DNA from: Haloglomus halophilum
GTDB taxonomy: Archaea; Halobacteriota; Halobacteria; Halobacteriales; Haloarculaceae
NCBI RefSeq assembly: GCF_024298885.1
Contig: NZ_CP101166.1
Span: 2,291,149 to 2,355,148, forward strand
DNA length: 64,000 bases
Direction: 5' to 3'
In this document: in pieces, positions 9,214 to 18,145 of the stretch
Position numbering within the stretch: position 1 is the stretch's first letter
Layout: the number at the start of each line of letters is the position of its first letter
Notes under the pieces: generated by a model
Seen by the model: the letters and a program-made list of their open reading frames with translations, nothing else
Database searches by the model: none
What the model was told of the DNA's origin: nothing
Translations under genes and position numbers: made by a program

Positions 9214-10218
9214 TTACAATCCGTGCTCCGCGCGCACCTCGTCCAGCCGCTCGCGCGCCCGGTCGTTGACCGGCTCCTCGTTCTCGACGGGGTCGCGGCC
9301 GTGCATCGTCTCGTGGACCATCGCGATGGAGTCCGCGAGCGCGTCGAGGCTGTAGCCGCCCTCCAGCACGAACGCGAGCGCGGCGTCGAGGTCGTCACAG
9401 AGGTCGTCGAGCCGGCGGGTCATCGCGCCGTACCCCTCCGTTGAGACACGCATCCGGGAGATGGGGTCGTGCTCGTGGGCGTCGAAGCCCGCGCTGACGA
9501 TGAGGAGGTCCGGGTCGTACCGTTCGAGCGCGGGCCGGAGCGCCTCGTCGATTGCGGCGAGGTACTCGGCGTCGCCACAGCCGCCCCGATAGGGCACGTT
9601 CAGGATGGAGCCCTCGCCCTCGCCGCGGCCGGGTTCGTCGACGTGGCCGGTGCCGGGGAAGAGGCCGCGCTCGTGGATGGAGGCGTAGAAGACATCGCCG
9701 CGCTCGTAGAACATCTTCTGCGTGCCGTTGCCGTGGTGGACATCCCAGTCGAAGACGGCGACGCGGTCCACGTCGTCGCGCTGGAGGGCGTCGGTGGCCG
9801 CGACGCCGGCGTTGCCGAGGAAGCAGAAGCCCATCGCCTCGTCCGGTTCGGCGTGGTGGCCGGGCGGCCGGCCGATTGCGAAGGGCGTATCGTGGCCCTG
9901 CTGGCCGTCGAGGGCCGCGTTGGCCGCCCAGACGGAGAGCCCGGCGCTGGCGCGGGCGGCCTCCCAGGTGGCACCCACTGCCACGGTGTCGGCGTCCCAG
10001 GTGCCACCGCCGTCGGCGCAGAACTGCTCGACCTCGTCGAGGTAGTCCGGGTCGTGGACGCGTTCGAGCGCCTCGCGGGTGGCCAGCGAGCCCTCCTCGT
10101 ACTCGACGCCGTGGAGGCGCGAGAGTCGCCGGCGGATGGCCCGGAGCCGGTCCGACGACTCCGGGTGCCGGGCGCCGGTCTCGTGTCGTAGACAGGCGTC
10201 GCGGTAGCCGAATCGCAT
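9214..10218 (-). CDS. hdaI: class II histone deacetylase / acetoin utilisation AcuC family protein
   Basis: HDAC catalytic motifs FCFLGNAG...DWDVHHGNGTQ...SAGFDAH...EGGY; start ATG located at 10218 (MRFGYRD). Confidence 0.85.
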   Translation of the reverse strand: MRFGYRDACLRHETGARHPESSDRLRAIRRRLSRLHGVEYEEGSLATREALERVHDPDYLDEVEQFCADGGGTWDADTVAVGATWEAARASAGLSVWAANAALDGQQGHDTPFAIGRPPGHHAEPDEAMGFCFLGNAGVAATDALQRDDVDRVAVFDWDVHHGNGTQKMFYERGDVFYASIHERGLFPGTGHVDEPGRGEGEGSILNVPYRGGCGDAEYLAAIDEALRPALERYDPDLLIVSAGFDAHEHDPISRMRVSTEGYGAMTRRLDDLCDDLDAALAFVLEGGYSLDALADSIAMVHETMHGRDPVENEEPVNDRARERLDEVRAEHGL

Positions 10219-10673
10219 CAGAAGTACTCTGCGAGTCGGAAGTAGACCGCCACATCCTCCTCCTTGATGGTGCGGCGGTCGGCGTGTTCGGCGAGGACGG
10301 CCGCGGCGGCCGCCACGCGGTCGGCGTACCGTTCGAGGACGGTCGCGAGCGCGACCCGGGCGTCCATCGCGACCCGATAGGAGTCGTCGATGTCGAGCCG
10401 GGCGATGCGGTCGACCGGCGCGATGGGCAGTTCCAGCCCTTCCGGGTCGCCGTTCGCGGGTACGCCCCCCTCGGCGAGGTCGGCGAAGTCCTCGGCCATC
10501 AGGGTCTTGCGACCGTCCTCGGTGGCGCGTTCGGCGGCCTCGACCGCCAGTGCGGCCCCACGGGACTGGATACGGCGCGCGAGCTCCTCGGCCGCCTCTG
10601 CGCTCACGCGGAGGTCGCCCGCGTTCCGCCGGATGACGGTATCGACGGGGGCGAACGGTAGCTCGACACTCAT
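10218..10673 (-). CDS. hpyA: archaeal histone, tandem (doublet) histone-fold protein
   Basis: MSVELPFAPVDTVIRRNAGDLRVSAEAAEELARRIQ, then a second fold LELPIAPVDRIARLDIDDSYRVAMDARVALATVLERYAD; its stop TGA overlaps the hdaI ATG (TGATG). Confidence 0.8.
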   Translation of the reverse strand: MSVELPFAPVDTVIRRNAGDLRVSAEAAEELARRIQSRGAALAVEAAERATEDGRKTLMAEDFADLAEGGVPANGDPEGLELPIAPVDRIARLDIDDSYRVAMDARVALATVLERYADRVAAAAAVLAEHADRRTIKEEDVAVYFRLAEYF

Positions 10674-10810
10674 ACCGCGTATCCGGTCCGTTCGACACTT
10701 CAACCCGTCGGTCGTGGGGTGTTCACAGGCCGCCCCCGTGACGACGGCGCTCCTCCCGGTTCCGGCCGGATGCCGGGACTGTTATCGGCACCCCCTGCGT
10801 CGGTGCCACC

Positions 10811-11197
10811 GTGCTTCCCGTACTCCAGTCCGAACTCCCGTTCGCGCTGGTCGCCGGCGGTGGCGTCCTCGTGCTCGTTCTGCTGTTGCTCGGCCGCGCC
10901 ATGCTGGGTGGCGGCGACGGCAAGTACGACGACCCCGAGGCCCAGGCCGCCCACGAGGCGGCCCAGCGCCGCGACGAGAGCGAGGCCGCACCCGTCGGCT
11001 CCGAGCAGACGGCGGTCGTCACCGAGACGAACGACACCGGCCACGGCCGCGAGGCCGTCGTCAAGGTGAACGGGCTGGTCGTGTTCGTCGACCAGAACGT
11101 CCCCGACACGGTCGAGACCGGCGACACCATCCGACTCAAGGTCACCTCCCACAGTGAGAACGCGGCGCACGCGATGTTCGTCACGAAGGTGGAGTGA
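10811..11197 (+). CDS. membrane-anchored TRAM-domain protein
   Basis: N-terminal hydrophobic helix (LPFALVAGGGVLVLVLLLL) and a C-terminal TRAM-like beta-barrel (GREAVVKVNGLVVFVDQNVPDTVETGDTIRLKVTSHSENAAHAMFV). Confidence 0.55.
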   Translation: MLPVLQSELPFALVAGGGVLVLVLLLLGRAMLGGGDGKYDDPEAQAAHEAAQRRDESEAAPVGSEQTAVVTETNDTGHGREAVVKVNGLVVFVDQNVPDTVETGDTIRLKVTSHSENAAHAMFVTKVE

Positions 11198-11291
11198 GCG
11201 CCGCCGCTGTCGCGATGGGGTAACTGCATATGTTTACTTTGATTGTATGAATTCGGAATGAGTAACCGGTAGTAGGAACAACACCCACTCG

Positions 11292-12839
11292 ATGCAGCGC
11301 GAGAACTTCCGCGGGAGCGCCGACGGCGTGAGCGAGTCGGTCCTCGAGACACACCGGTCGACGGCCGAGGAGTTACTGGACGAGGAGTACGGCCTGCTGA
11401 TCGGCGGCGAGTGGGTCGACGGCAGTGCGGAACCGGAGGCGGCCGTCGACGCCGTGACCGGCGAGGAACTGGCGACGTACCAGCGCGGGACGAGCGACGA
11501 CGTGGACCGTGCGGTCGCGGCCGCCCAGGATGCGTTCGAGGGCGCGTGGGGGGACATGGACGGGCGCCAGCGCGCCGAGAAGCTCGAGGAGCTCGCCGAC
11601 CGCATCGAGGAGCGGAAGGCCGACCTCGCGAAGATCGACCCGCTGGAGATGGGCAAGCCCAACCAGCTGTCGCTGTTCGCCGACTTCACCATCCTGCTGC
11701 GCCAGCTCCGACACTTCGCCTCGCTCGCCCGGACCGAGGACGCTGGCCGGAGTCCGAACACGAGCGGCGACAAGCTCGGCTACACGCAGCGCGAGCCGTA
11801 CGGCGTCGTCGGGCAGATCAGCGCGTGGAACTTCCCCGCGATGTTCGTCGCGTGGAAGACCGCCCCCGCGCTCGCCGCGGGCAACACGGTCGTGTTCAAA
11901 CCGTCTCCCCGCGCGGTGCTGTCGACGCTGGAGCTCGCCGACCTCATGGACGACGTGCTGCCCGAGGGAACCGTCAACGTCGTCCCCGGCGACGGGCCGG
12001 AGGTCGGCGCCGCCATCAGCGAACACGACGACGTGCGGAAGGTGTCGCTGACCGGGTCCGAGCGCGCCGGCCGCGCCGTGATGCAGGGCGCTGCTGCGAA
12101 CATGAAGGCCGTCTCCCTCGAGCTGGGTGGCAAGAGTCCCAATATCGTCTGCGCGGACGCCGATATCGAGGACGCGACGGAGGGGGCGATGGTGGCGAGC
12201 TTCTTCAACGCCGGCCAGCAGTGCACGGAGGGCGCCCGCCTCTTCCTCCACGAGGCCATCGCCGACGAGTTCCTGGAGACGTTCACGGAGAAGATGGAGC
12301 GGCTCGAACTGGGCGACCCGCTGGCGCCGAACACCACCGTCGGGCCGCTGGTCGACCACGAGCACCTCGAGACGGTGCAGGGCTACGTCGACACGGCCGT
12401 GGCCGAGGGAGCGGAGGTGCTCGCCGGCGGTGACGCGCCCGACATCGAGGGCTGTGGGGACGCCCCCTTCTTCGAGCCGACCGTGCTGACGAACGTCGAC
12501 CACGACCACACGGTCGCCTGCGAGGAGGTGTTCGGGCCCGTCATCACGGTCCACGAGTGGAGCGACCGCGACGAGATGGTCGCGCAGGCCAACGACACGG
12601 AGTACGGTCTCGCGAGTGCGGTGTGGACGACGGACCTCGAGACTGCCCACACGGTCGCCGACGACCTCGAAGCGGGCACCGTGTGGGTCAACTGCTACAA
12701 CGAGATGGGCGAGGCGATGCCCCACGGCGGCTACAAGCGCTCGGGCATCGGCCGCGAACTCGACGAGGAGGCGTTCGAGGACTACCGTCGGACCAAATCG
12801 GTGCTGGTGAACTTCGGCAAGCCTGCACGACTGGGATAG
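11292..12839 (+). CDS. NAD(P)-dependent aldehyde dehydrogenase
   Basis: ALDH family motifs (FNAGQQCTEGARLF catalytic Cys region, ELGGKSP, GSERAG); 515 aa. Confidence 0.85.
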   Translation: MQRENFRGSADGVSESVLETHRSTAEELLDEEYGLLIGGEWVDGSAEPEAAVDAVTGEELATYQRGTSDDVDRAVAAAQDAFEGAWGDMDGRQRAEKLEELADRIEERKADLAKIDPLEMGKPNQLSLFADFTILLRQLRHFASLARTEDAGRSPNTSGDKLGYTQREPYGVVGQISAWNFPAMFVAWKTAPALAAGNTVVFKPSPRAVLSTLELADLMDDVLPEGTVNVVPGDGPEVGAAISEHDDVRKVSLTGSERAGRAVMQGAAANMKAVSLELGGKSPNIVCADADIEDATEGAMVASFFNAGQQCTEGARLFLHEAIADEFLETFTEKMERLELGDPLAPNTTVGPLVDHEHLETVQGYVDTAVAEGAEVLAGGDAPDIEGCGDAPFFEPTVLTNVDHDHTVACEEVFGPVITVHEWSDRDEMVAQANDTEYGLASAVWTTDLETAHTVADDLEAGTVWVNCYNEMGEAMPHGGYKRSGIGRELDEEAFEDYRRTKSVLVNFGKPARLG

Positions 12840-12908
12840 CGACGACCGCTGACCACACGGCCCTCCACCGGTACGCGCCCTCGCGGGACCAGCTGTCGCC
12901 CCCGGGCT

Positions 12909-13904
12909 TCAGGCCTCGTCTCCCCCCGTGAACCGGAGCCAGTAGTCGAAGTACGTCCCATCGTACAGCACCATCCGACGACCGTCGTCTACCACGCCGG
13001 CGTCCTTCTCGATGTTCCCGTCGAGGTAGGCCCGCCGGTGGAGCGCCCGCAGGACCTCCCGGTAGCCGTCCGAGTAGGGGTGGCTCTCGCTGTACCCGCC
13101 GTTCTCGGCCTCGCGGAGCACGTCCCGGGCCGCCTGCGAGCGGTCGTCACGCGAGAACCGCGCGTCGACGAACTGCGCGCGGAGGATGGCCTCCAGCCGC
13201 TCGGGTGACTCGGCGACCGGTTCGGCGGTCGCGCGGTAGACCGGCTCGTGGAAGGTCTCGCGCGTCACCTCGACGGTGTACACCGTCTCACGGTGGGTGA
13301 CGTGGTCCGGGCCGTCCGCCCCGAGCAGCTCGCTGGTCTCGACGGCCGTCTCGTCGCGGTAGACGTAGCCGCCGCGCTGGACCAGCCCCCAGGGGACACC
13401 GCCCACGTTCCCCCGGGCGCGAGCTGCTTTGTAGGCGATGCGCACCGCCCGCTGGTCGCTGTCCGGAAGCGACTCCATGGGAGCCCCATCGGGCGTGTCC
13501 TCCGCATCGGCGTCTCCGGCCGCCGAGAGACGGAGTACCGGATGGGTGACCGTCTCCTCGTCGACGACGACCGCGCCGAGGCGGTAGTAGGTCCCCTCGT
13601 GCTCGACGTACTCCGGGTCGTCCGCGGTGGAGTAGAACGGCCGGCGGTACTGGGTGGTGTAGGCCTCGCCGTTCACGGCCGCCGCGAAGGCGTCCTCGTC
13701 GTCGGGCGACCGGGTCTCGGAAAGGTCGACGACGAACGACTCGCGGAGCGGTCCGTCCTCGCGGGAGAGCGAGAGCTCCAGTTCGCGCTCCCCGGACTCT
13801 CCTATCGTGTCGCTCTCGATGAGGCCGGTACAGCCGGCCATGACGGCGGTCCCTGCGGCGAGCGTCGCCGTCAGGAACCGGCGTCGGGAGGGCGTCGCGT
13901 CCAT
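12909..13904 (-). CDS. secreted Tat/lipobox lipoprotein, hypothetical
   Basis: MDATPSRRRFLTATLAAGTAVMAGC: twin-arginine motif plus lipobox Cys; start ATG at 13904 inside the longer track ORF. Confidence 0.6.
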   Translation of the reverse strand: MDATPSRRRFLTATLAAGTAVMAGCTGLIESDTIGESGERELELSLSREDGPLRESFVVDLSETRSPDDEDAFAAAVNGEAYTTQYRRPFYSTADDPEYVEHEGTYYRLGAVVVDEETVTHPVLRLSAAGDADAEDTPDGAPMESLPDSDQRAVRIAYKAARARGNVGGVPWGLVQRGGYVYRDETAVETSELLGADGPDHVTHRETVYTVEVTRETFHEPVYRATAEPVAESPERLEAILRAQFVDARFSRDDRSQAARDVLREAENGGYSESHPYSDGYREVLRALHRRAYLDGNIEKDAGVVDDGRRMVLYDGTYFDYWLRFTGGDEA

Positions 13905-14078
13905 GCCCCGACTCGTGGCGCCGGCACAAAGGACGTTCCCGTGGCTCAAACAGCGATTTGGCTGAGACCCCTTGACACGCGGTCGGGGGCGGTACGGTGG
14001 TGGTCGCCGTGGGGAAGTGGGTTCCCGAGCCGGCACGCAACCCGGAGGCCTTTCGACGCCGCCGTCCCAAGCCCGGGT

Positions 14079-14702
14079 ATGTTCACCGGCATCGTCGCGG
14101 AGACCGGCGAGATTCTCGCCCGGGAGGCGACCGTCGAGGGGCTTCGGATGCGCGTCGCGGCCTCGTTCGCGGACGAACTCGCACATGGCGAGTCCATCGC
14201 CGTCTCCGGCGCCTGCCTCACGGTCGAGGCTCACGACGACGAATCGTTCGAGCTGTTCTGCTCGGAGGAGACCATCGAGCGCACCTACCTCGGTTCGCTC
14301 GCGGTGGGCGATGTCGTCAACCTCGAACGGGCGCTGCCCGCCGATGGGCGCTTCGACGGCCACTTCGTCCAGGGGCACGTCGACGGCACCGCCCGGGTGA
14401 CGGGTATCGAGCAGGTTGGGGGGGATTGGACGTTCTCGTTCTCGCTGCCGCGCCCGCTGGCGAAGTACGTCGTCGAGAAGGGTTCCATCGCCGTCGACGG
14501 CATCTCGCTGACCGTCGCGCGACTGGAGAAGCCGGGAACGGGCTACGAGGGCGGCGCCGAGGGCGAGTTCGACGTGGCCGTCATCCCCGCGACCTACGAC
14601 CTGACGAACCTCCGGGAGAAGTCGGTGGGTGACCCCGTCCACCTCGAGGTCGACGTGGTCGCGAAGTACGTCGAGTCGCTCACCGAGGGGTACGTCGAAT
14701 AG
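14079..14702 (+). CDS. riboflavin synthase (alpha-subunit type)
   Basis: MFTGIVAETGEIL...GESIAVSGACLTV...GHFVQGHVDG...GSIAVDGISLTV: duplicated lumazine-binding repeats. Confidence 0.85.
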   Translation: MFTGIVAETGEILAREATVEGLRMRVAASFADELAHGESIAVSGACLTVEAHDDESFELFCSEETIERTYLGSLAVGDVVNLERALPADGRFDGHFVQGHVDGTARVTGIEQVGGDWTFSFSLPRPLAKYVVEKGSIAVDGISLTVARLEKPGTGYEGGAEGEFDVAVIPATYDLTNLREKSVGDPVHLEVDVVAKYVESLTEGYVE

Positions 14703-14815
14703 AGCAGAGATATAGCTGATACTGGCCAGATATCGGTGTAGTGGGCGAAATCCTGCAGTAATTGCGAGGGGATCTCGAGAACACTGCTTTCCCGCCCGAC
14801 GAGTATGCCGCCCTC

Positions 14816-15025
14816 CTACACCGATTTCTCGCTGATACCGATGGAGAGGACGCCGATGACGACGGTGATGACGCCGACGGTTCCGAGGACGATCTGGAGC
14901 GACTCGGACTGGACCCCAGCGAAGGTGAGCAGGCCGAGGATGAGCACTCCCGCGAGGAAGAGCACCGCGCCGCCGCCGACCTTCTCTTTCTCACCCAGTG
15001 CGTCGAACCGTTCGGTCACGCTCAT
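14816..15025 (-). CDS. small membrane protein (2 TM), hypothetical
   Basis: 69-aa ORF with two hydrophobic helices. Confidence 0.4.
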   Translation of the reverse strand: MSVTERFDALGEKEKVGGGAVLFLAGVLILGLLTFAGVQSESLQIVLGTVGVITVVIGVLSIGISEKSV

Positions 15026-15278
15026 AGGGAACCGTTCGTGCTACCCCCTATTTGACGCCCGCGCTTCGGAGCGACGAGTGCTGGTGCCCTCGCGCCCTTC
15101 GCTCCGGGCTCGACGGCCGACCTCATGTTCGTTCGGCCAGTGAGGCCGTCTGACGTTCTCGCACTCTCGAAGATATATCGATAACGTTCGTCGGGATATA
15201 CGGGTATATGGTTGCCATATCGGTTGATATTCTCCGAAAAAGTTATGGGTGTTGGTGGGCTGGATTGGAATGTAACCG

Positions 15279-15473
15279 ATGCGTGCAGATACACTTCGGA
15301 CGGCGGTGACCTTGTACGAGAACGGGACTGTCGACATCGCGGGGGCGGCTCGGTCGGTCGGAGTATCGCAGGCACGGATGCGCCGCTGTCTGCGGGCCAA
15401 CGGGGTCACGGTACGTACCCATCCTCCGGAGGGGGAACCGTCGACCGGGAAGGCGGTCGTCGAGGCGCGGTAG
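15279..15473 (+). CDS. small helix-turn-helix protein; possibly an orphan N-terminal HTH of an IS630/ISH-type transposase
   Basis: TLYENGTVDIAGAARSVGVSQARMRRCLRANGV resembles transposase/resolvase-type HTH; it is preceded by an AT-rich region with repeated GATAT(A/T)CG motifs. Confidence 0.35.
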   Translation: MRADTLRTAVTLYENGTVDIAGAARSVGVSQARMRRCLRANGVTVRTHPPEGEPSTGKAVVEAR

Positions 15474-15495
15474 CTCGCGGCGCTCCGGTTGCCGC

Positions 15496-15615
15496 TCACT
15501 CCCGGCGGACGCCGATGTTCATCAGGTGGCCGCCACAGCCGTTACAGCGCCCGGGGAACCCCTGGGCCATCACGCGGGACCCGCACCCGGCACATTCGTA
15601 GATTCGGATGGACAT
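15496..15615 (-). CDS. small zinc-ribbon protein (39 aa, CxxC-N12-CxxC); not on the ORF track
   Basis: Manual translation: MSIRIYECAGCGSRVMAQGFPGRCNGCGGHLMNIGVRRE, ATG at 15615 and TGA at 15496-15498. Confidence 0.45.
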   Translation of the reverse strand: MSIRIYECAGCGSRVMAQGFPGRCNGCGGHLMNIGVRRE

Positions 15616-15710
15616 GTGTCTGTTAATGACTCGCAAGGAGATAACCGCTGCGCGCGTGGCGTCCCCCGGCCGTGACGTGAATTTAACCTCGCGCCCCTGG
15701 AACGGCCGGT

Positions 15711-16169
15711 ATGTACGCGTTCGAGGACATGACCGTCGGCTGGGGCGAGACCTACGGCAGCCACGAGATGACCGCGGACGGCATCGTCGCGTTCGCCGAG
15801 CAGTTCGACCCGCAGCCGATGCACACGGACCCCGAGGCTGCCGCCGAAACGCAGTACGGGGGCCTCATCGCGAGCGGGCTCCACACCGTCGGCGTCGCTA
15901 CCCGTCTGATGGTCGAGGGGTTCCTCAACGACTCCACCAACAGGGGCGGTCTCGGCCTGACCGACCTCACCTGGCATCGGCCCGTGCGTCCGGGCGATGT
16001 CCTCCGGGTGCGCCACGAGGTGGTCGAGCGGCGTGACTCCGACAGCCACCCCGACGCCGGCGTCGTCGTGCGTGACATCGAGGTGCTCGCGAGCGACGGT
16101 GAGGGCGGTGACGAGACGGTCGTCTGCTCGTGGACGGTAGCCATCCTGATGGGGAAGCGCGACCCGTGA
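15711..16169 (+). CDS. MaoC-like (R)-specific enoyl-CoA hydratase / hotdog-fold dehydratase
   Basis: FAEQFDPQPMHTDPEAAAETQYGGLIASGLHT hotdog motif. Confidence 0.8.
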   Translation: MYAFEDMTVGWGETYGSHEMTADGIVAFAEQFDPQPMHTDPEAAAETQYGGLIASGLHTVGVATRLMVEGFLNDSTNRGGLGLTDLTWHRPVRPGDVLRVRHEVVERRDSDSHPDAGVVVRDIEVLASDGEGGDETVVCSWTVAILMGKRDP

Positions 16170-16459
16170 GCGACGCCGACGACCTCGACCACGGGACGCT
16201 GGAGGCTCTGCACGACCATCTCGCGGCCACGGCCGAGCGACCGGTCGAGCGGACGGCCAGTCGCTGGCTCGGTGAGGCCGAGGCCGTCGCCGCCGACGCC
16301 CGGCACATCGAGGACCCGGCCGTCGTACGCGAGCGAATCGCCGAGGTCGCGAAGCTCCTCTCGAACGTCGGTGGCACGGGCGACGAGGCGGCCGACGAGC
16401 ACGTCGCGGCGGCGCGGTCGCTGGCCGAGGAACTCACGAGCGCGGCCGGCGACGACTGA
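16166..16459 (+). CDS. hypothetical acidic protein, GTGA-coupled to the maoC-like gene
   Basis: GTG at 16166 overlaps the maoC-like stop; C-terminal part of track ORF 16130-16459. Confidence 0.4.
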   Translation: MSDADDLDHGTLEALHDHLAATAERPVERTASRWLGEAEAVAADARHIEDPAVVRERIAEVAKLLSNVGGTGDEAADEHVAAARSLAEELTSAAGDD

Positions 16460-16460
16460 T

Positions 16461-16802
16461 TCAGGGCCGCGTCGTCGCCCAGACGGCGAGCGCGCCGAGC
16501 ACGATGGCCGGCAGCAGCGGCAGGACGAGGAACGCGTCGCGCAGCGAGAGACCCAGCGAGGCGACGAACCCCTGCGCCCGCGGGAGGAAGTACAGCGCGA
16601 CGGGGATGACGACGAACGCGAACAGGATGGCGACGACCAGGACCCACCCGCGCCAGTCGAACTCGCGGGCGTCGCCGCGGGGGATGTCGCCGGGTGCCGT
16701 GCCGCCCGCTGCCCTGGGGCCACCCCCCTTCTCCGCCTCCGCTTCCGCCTCGTCCTCCCCGAAGGCCGCCGGGTCGTGGACGTACCCGTCGTCGTCGCTC
16801 AT
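16461..16802 (-). CDS. small membrane protein, hypothetical
   Basis: MSDDDGYVHDP... acidic N-terminus then two TM helices; ATG at 16802. Confidence 0.45.
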   Translation of the reverse strand: MSDDDGYVHDPAAFGEDEAEAEAEKGGGPRAAGGTAPGDIPRGDAREFDWRGWVLVVAILFAFVVIPVALYFLPRAQGFVASLGLSLRDAFLVLPLLPAIVLGALAVWATTRP

Positions 16803-16852
16803 ACCTCGATATTCGGCGCCAGCCTCCTGAACCTGCCGTGTCGCGGCGGTCG

Positions 16853-17839
16853 TCAGAGGTAGCCCTGCTCGTTGAAGTACAGCGCGAGCACGGCGGCGAC
16901 ACCGGTCATCCCGACCAGCGCGGCGTGGTAGGCGAACGGCCATCCGAGTTCCGGCATCGTCTCGAAGTTCATGCCGAACACGCCGGCGAAGAAGGTGAGC
17001 GGGAGGAAGATGACTGCGACCACGGTGAGCCGCTTCATCACCTCGTTGGTGGACTGGGAGAGCGTGTTGAGGTAGATGTCCCGGGAGCCCCGGACCAGCT
17101 CGCGGTAGGTCTCGATGAGGTCGACGACCTGCACGAGGTGGTCGGCGACGTCCCGGAAGTACTTCTCCGTCTCCGGCTGGACCTGTGGCGGGTCGCCCCG
17201 GGCGAGCACCCCGAGGGCGTCGCGGGCGGGCCACGCCAGCTTCCGGAACGCCAGCAGCTCGCGCCGGAGCCCGTTCACCCGTTCGAGCACCTCGATATCC
17301 GTCGTGACGAGGACGAGCTCCTCCAGCGCCTCGATACTGGTCTCGATGTCGTCGAGTACGTCGAAGTAGCCGTCGACGACCACGTCGAGGACGCGGTAGG
17401 CGGTGAAGTCTGGGCCGCGCTGGAGCAGGCGCTCGTCCTCGCGGGCGACGGCCTGCCGGACCCGGTCGACGGAGGGGAGCCGCGCGGTCGACATCGTCAC
17501 GACCCAGTCCGGGCCGAAGAAGACGCCCACGGGGTCGTCCCGGACGACCTCGTCGAACGTGGGTGTCTCCGCATCGTCGCGCAGGAGTTCCGTCGCCTTC
17601 AGCAGGCAGAACGTGTAGCTCGGGAACTCCTCGACCTTCGGCTGGACGTTGTTGACGACGTCCTCGACGGCCAGTGCGTGGATGCCGAACGTCTCGGCCA
17701 CGCGGTCGAACGTCTCGCGGTCGGTCTCGTGGGCCCGGACCCAGGTCGTCCCGTCGGCGTCCCGGGCCGCCCCGAGCGAGGCGTCGGCGTCGAACTCCCG
17801 GACGCCGTGCTCGCGGTCGAAGACGACGGCGTCCAGCAT
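16853..17839 (-). CDS. corA: magnesium/cobalt transporter CorA
   Basis: C-terminal 2 TM with the GVFGMNFETMPE (GMN) signature. Confidence 0.9.
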   Translation of the reverse strand: MLDAVVFDREHGVREFDADASLGAARDADGTTWVRAHETDRETFDRVAETFGIHALAVEDVVNNVQPKVEEFPSYTFCLLKATELLRDDAETPTFDEVVRDDPVGVFFGPDWVVTMSTARLPSVDRVRQAVAREDERLLQRGPDFTAYRVLDVVVDGYFDVLDDIETSIEALEELVLVTTDIEVLERVNGLRRELLAFRKLAWPARDALGVLARGDPPQVQPETEKYFRDVADHLVQVVDLIETYRELVRGSRDIYLNTLSQSTNEVMKRLTVVAVIFLPLTFFAGVFGMNFETMPELGWPFAYHAALVGMTGVAAVLALYFNEQGYL

Positions 17840-18060
17840 CAGGACCCCTCCTCGGGCTCCTCGGCTGCTGCTGCCGCCTCCGAGGCCGTGGCGGTCAGGT
17901 CGTGGTCAGCGGCGAGGCCGACGGCCAGCAGGGTCAGCCCCACCATCAGCCCCGGGAGCGTGAGTGCCCGCCCCGGGTACGGAGCGACCGTCGCGAGCGC
18001 GTACCCGACCGTCGCGAGCAGGGTCAGCCCCGCGCCGGCGAGCGTGACGGCGTCGGTCAT
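17839..18060 (-). CDS. small membrane protein, translationally coupled to corA (TGATG)
   Basis: MTDAVTLAGAGLTLLATVGYALATV..., two TM; its stop overlaps the corA ATG. Confidence 0.4.
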   Translation of the reverse strand: MTDAVTLAGAGLTLLATVGYALATVAPYPGRALTLPGLMVGLTLLAVGLAADHDLTATASEAAAAAEEPEEGS

Positions 18061-18145
18061 ACTGCTCACGCAGGCGGCGGGGAGAAAAGCGTTGCCGCGG
18101 GCGGCGTGTGGCCGCCGCGTCGGGCCCGCCCGGGTGCCGTGGGCG

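Noticed and set aside
13905-14078. Possible FMN riboswitch upstream of riboflavin synthase
   Set aside because: The 174-bp spacer lacks the conserved RFN element core (AGGGUGAAAUUCC...ACCGGCGGUA), and FMN riboswitches are not established in haloarchaea. It is probably just a divergent promoter region.
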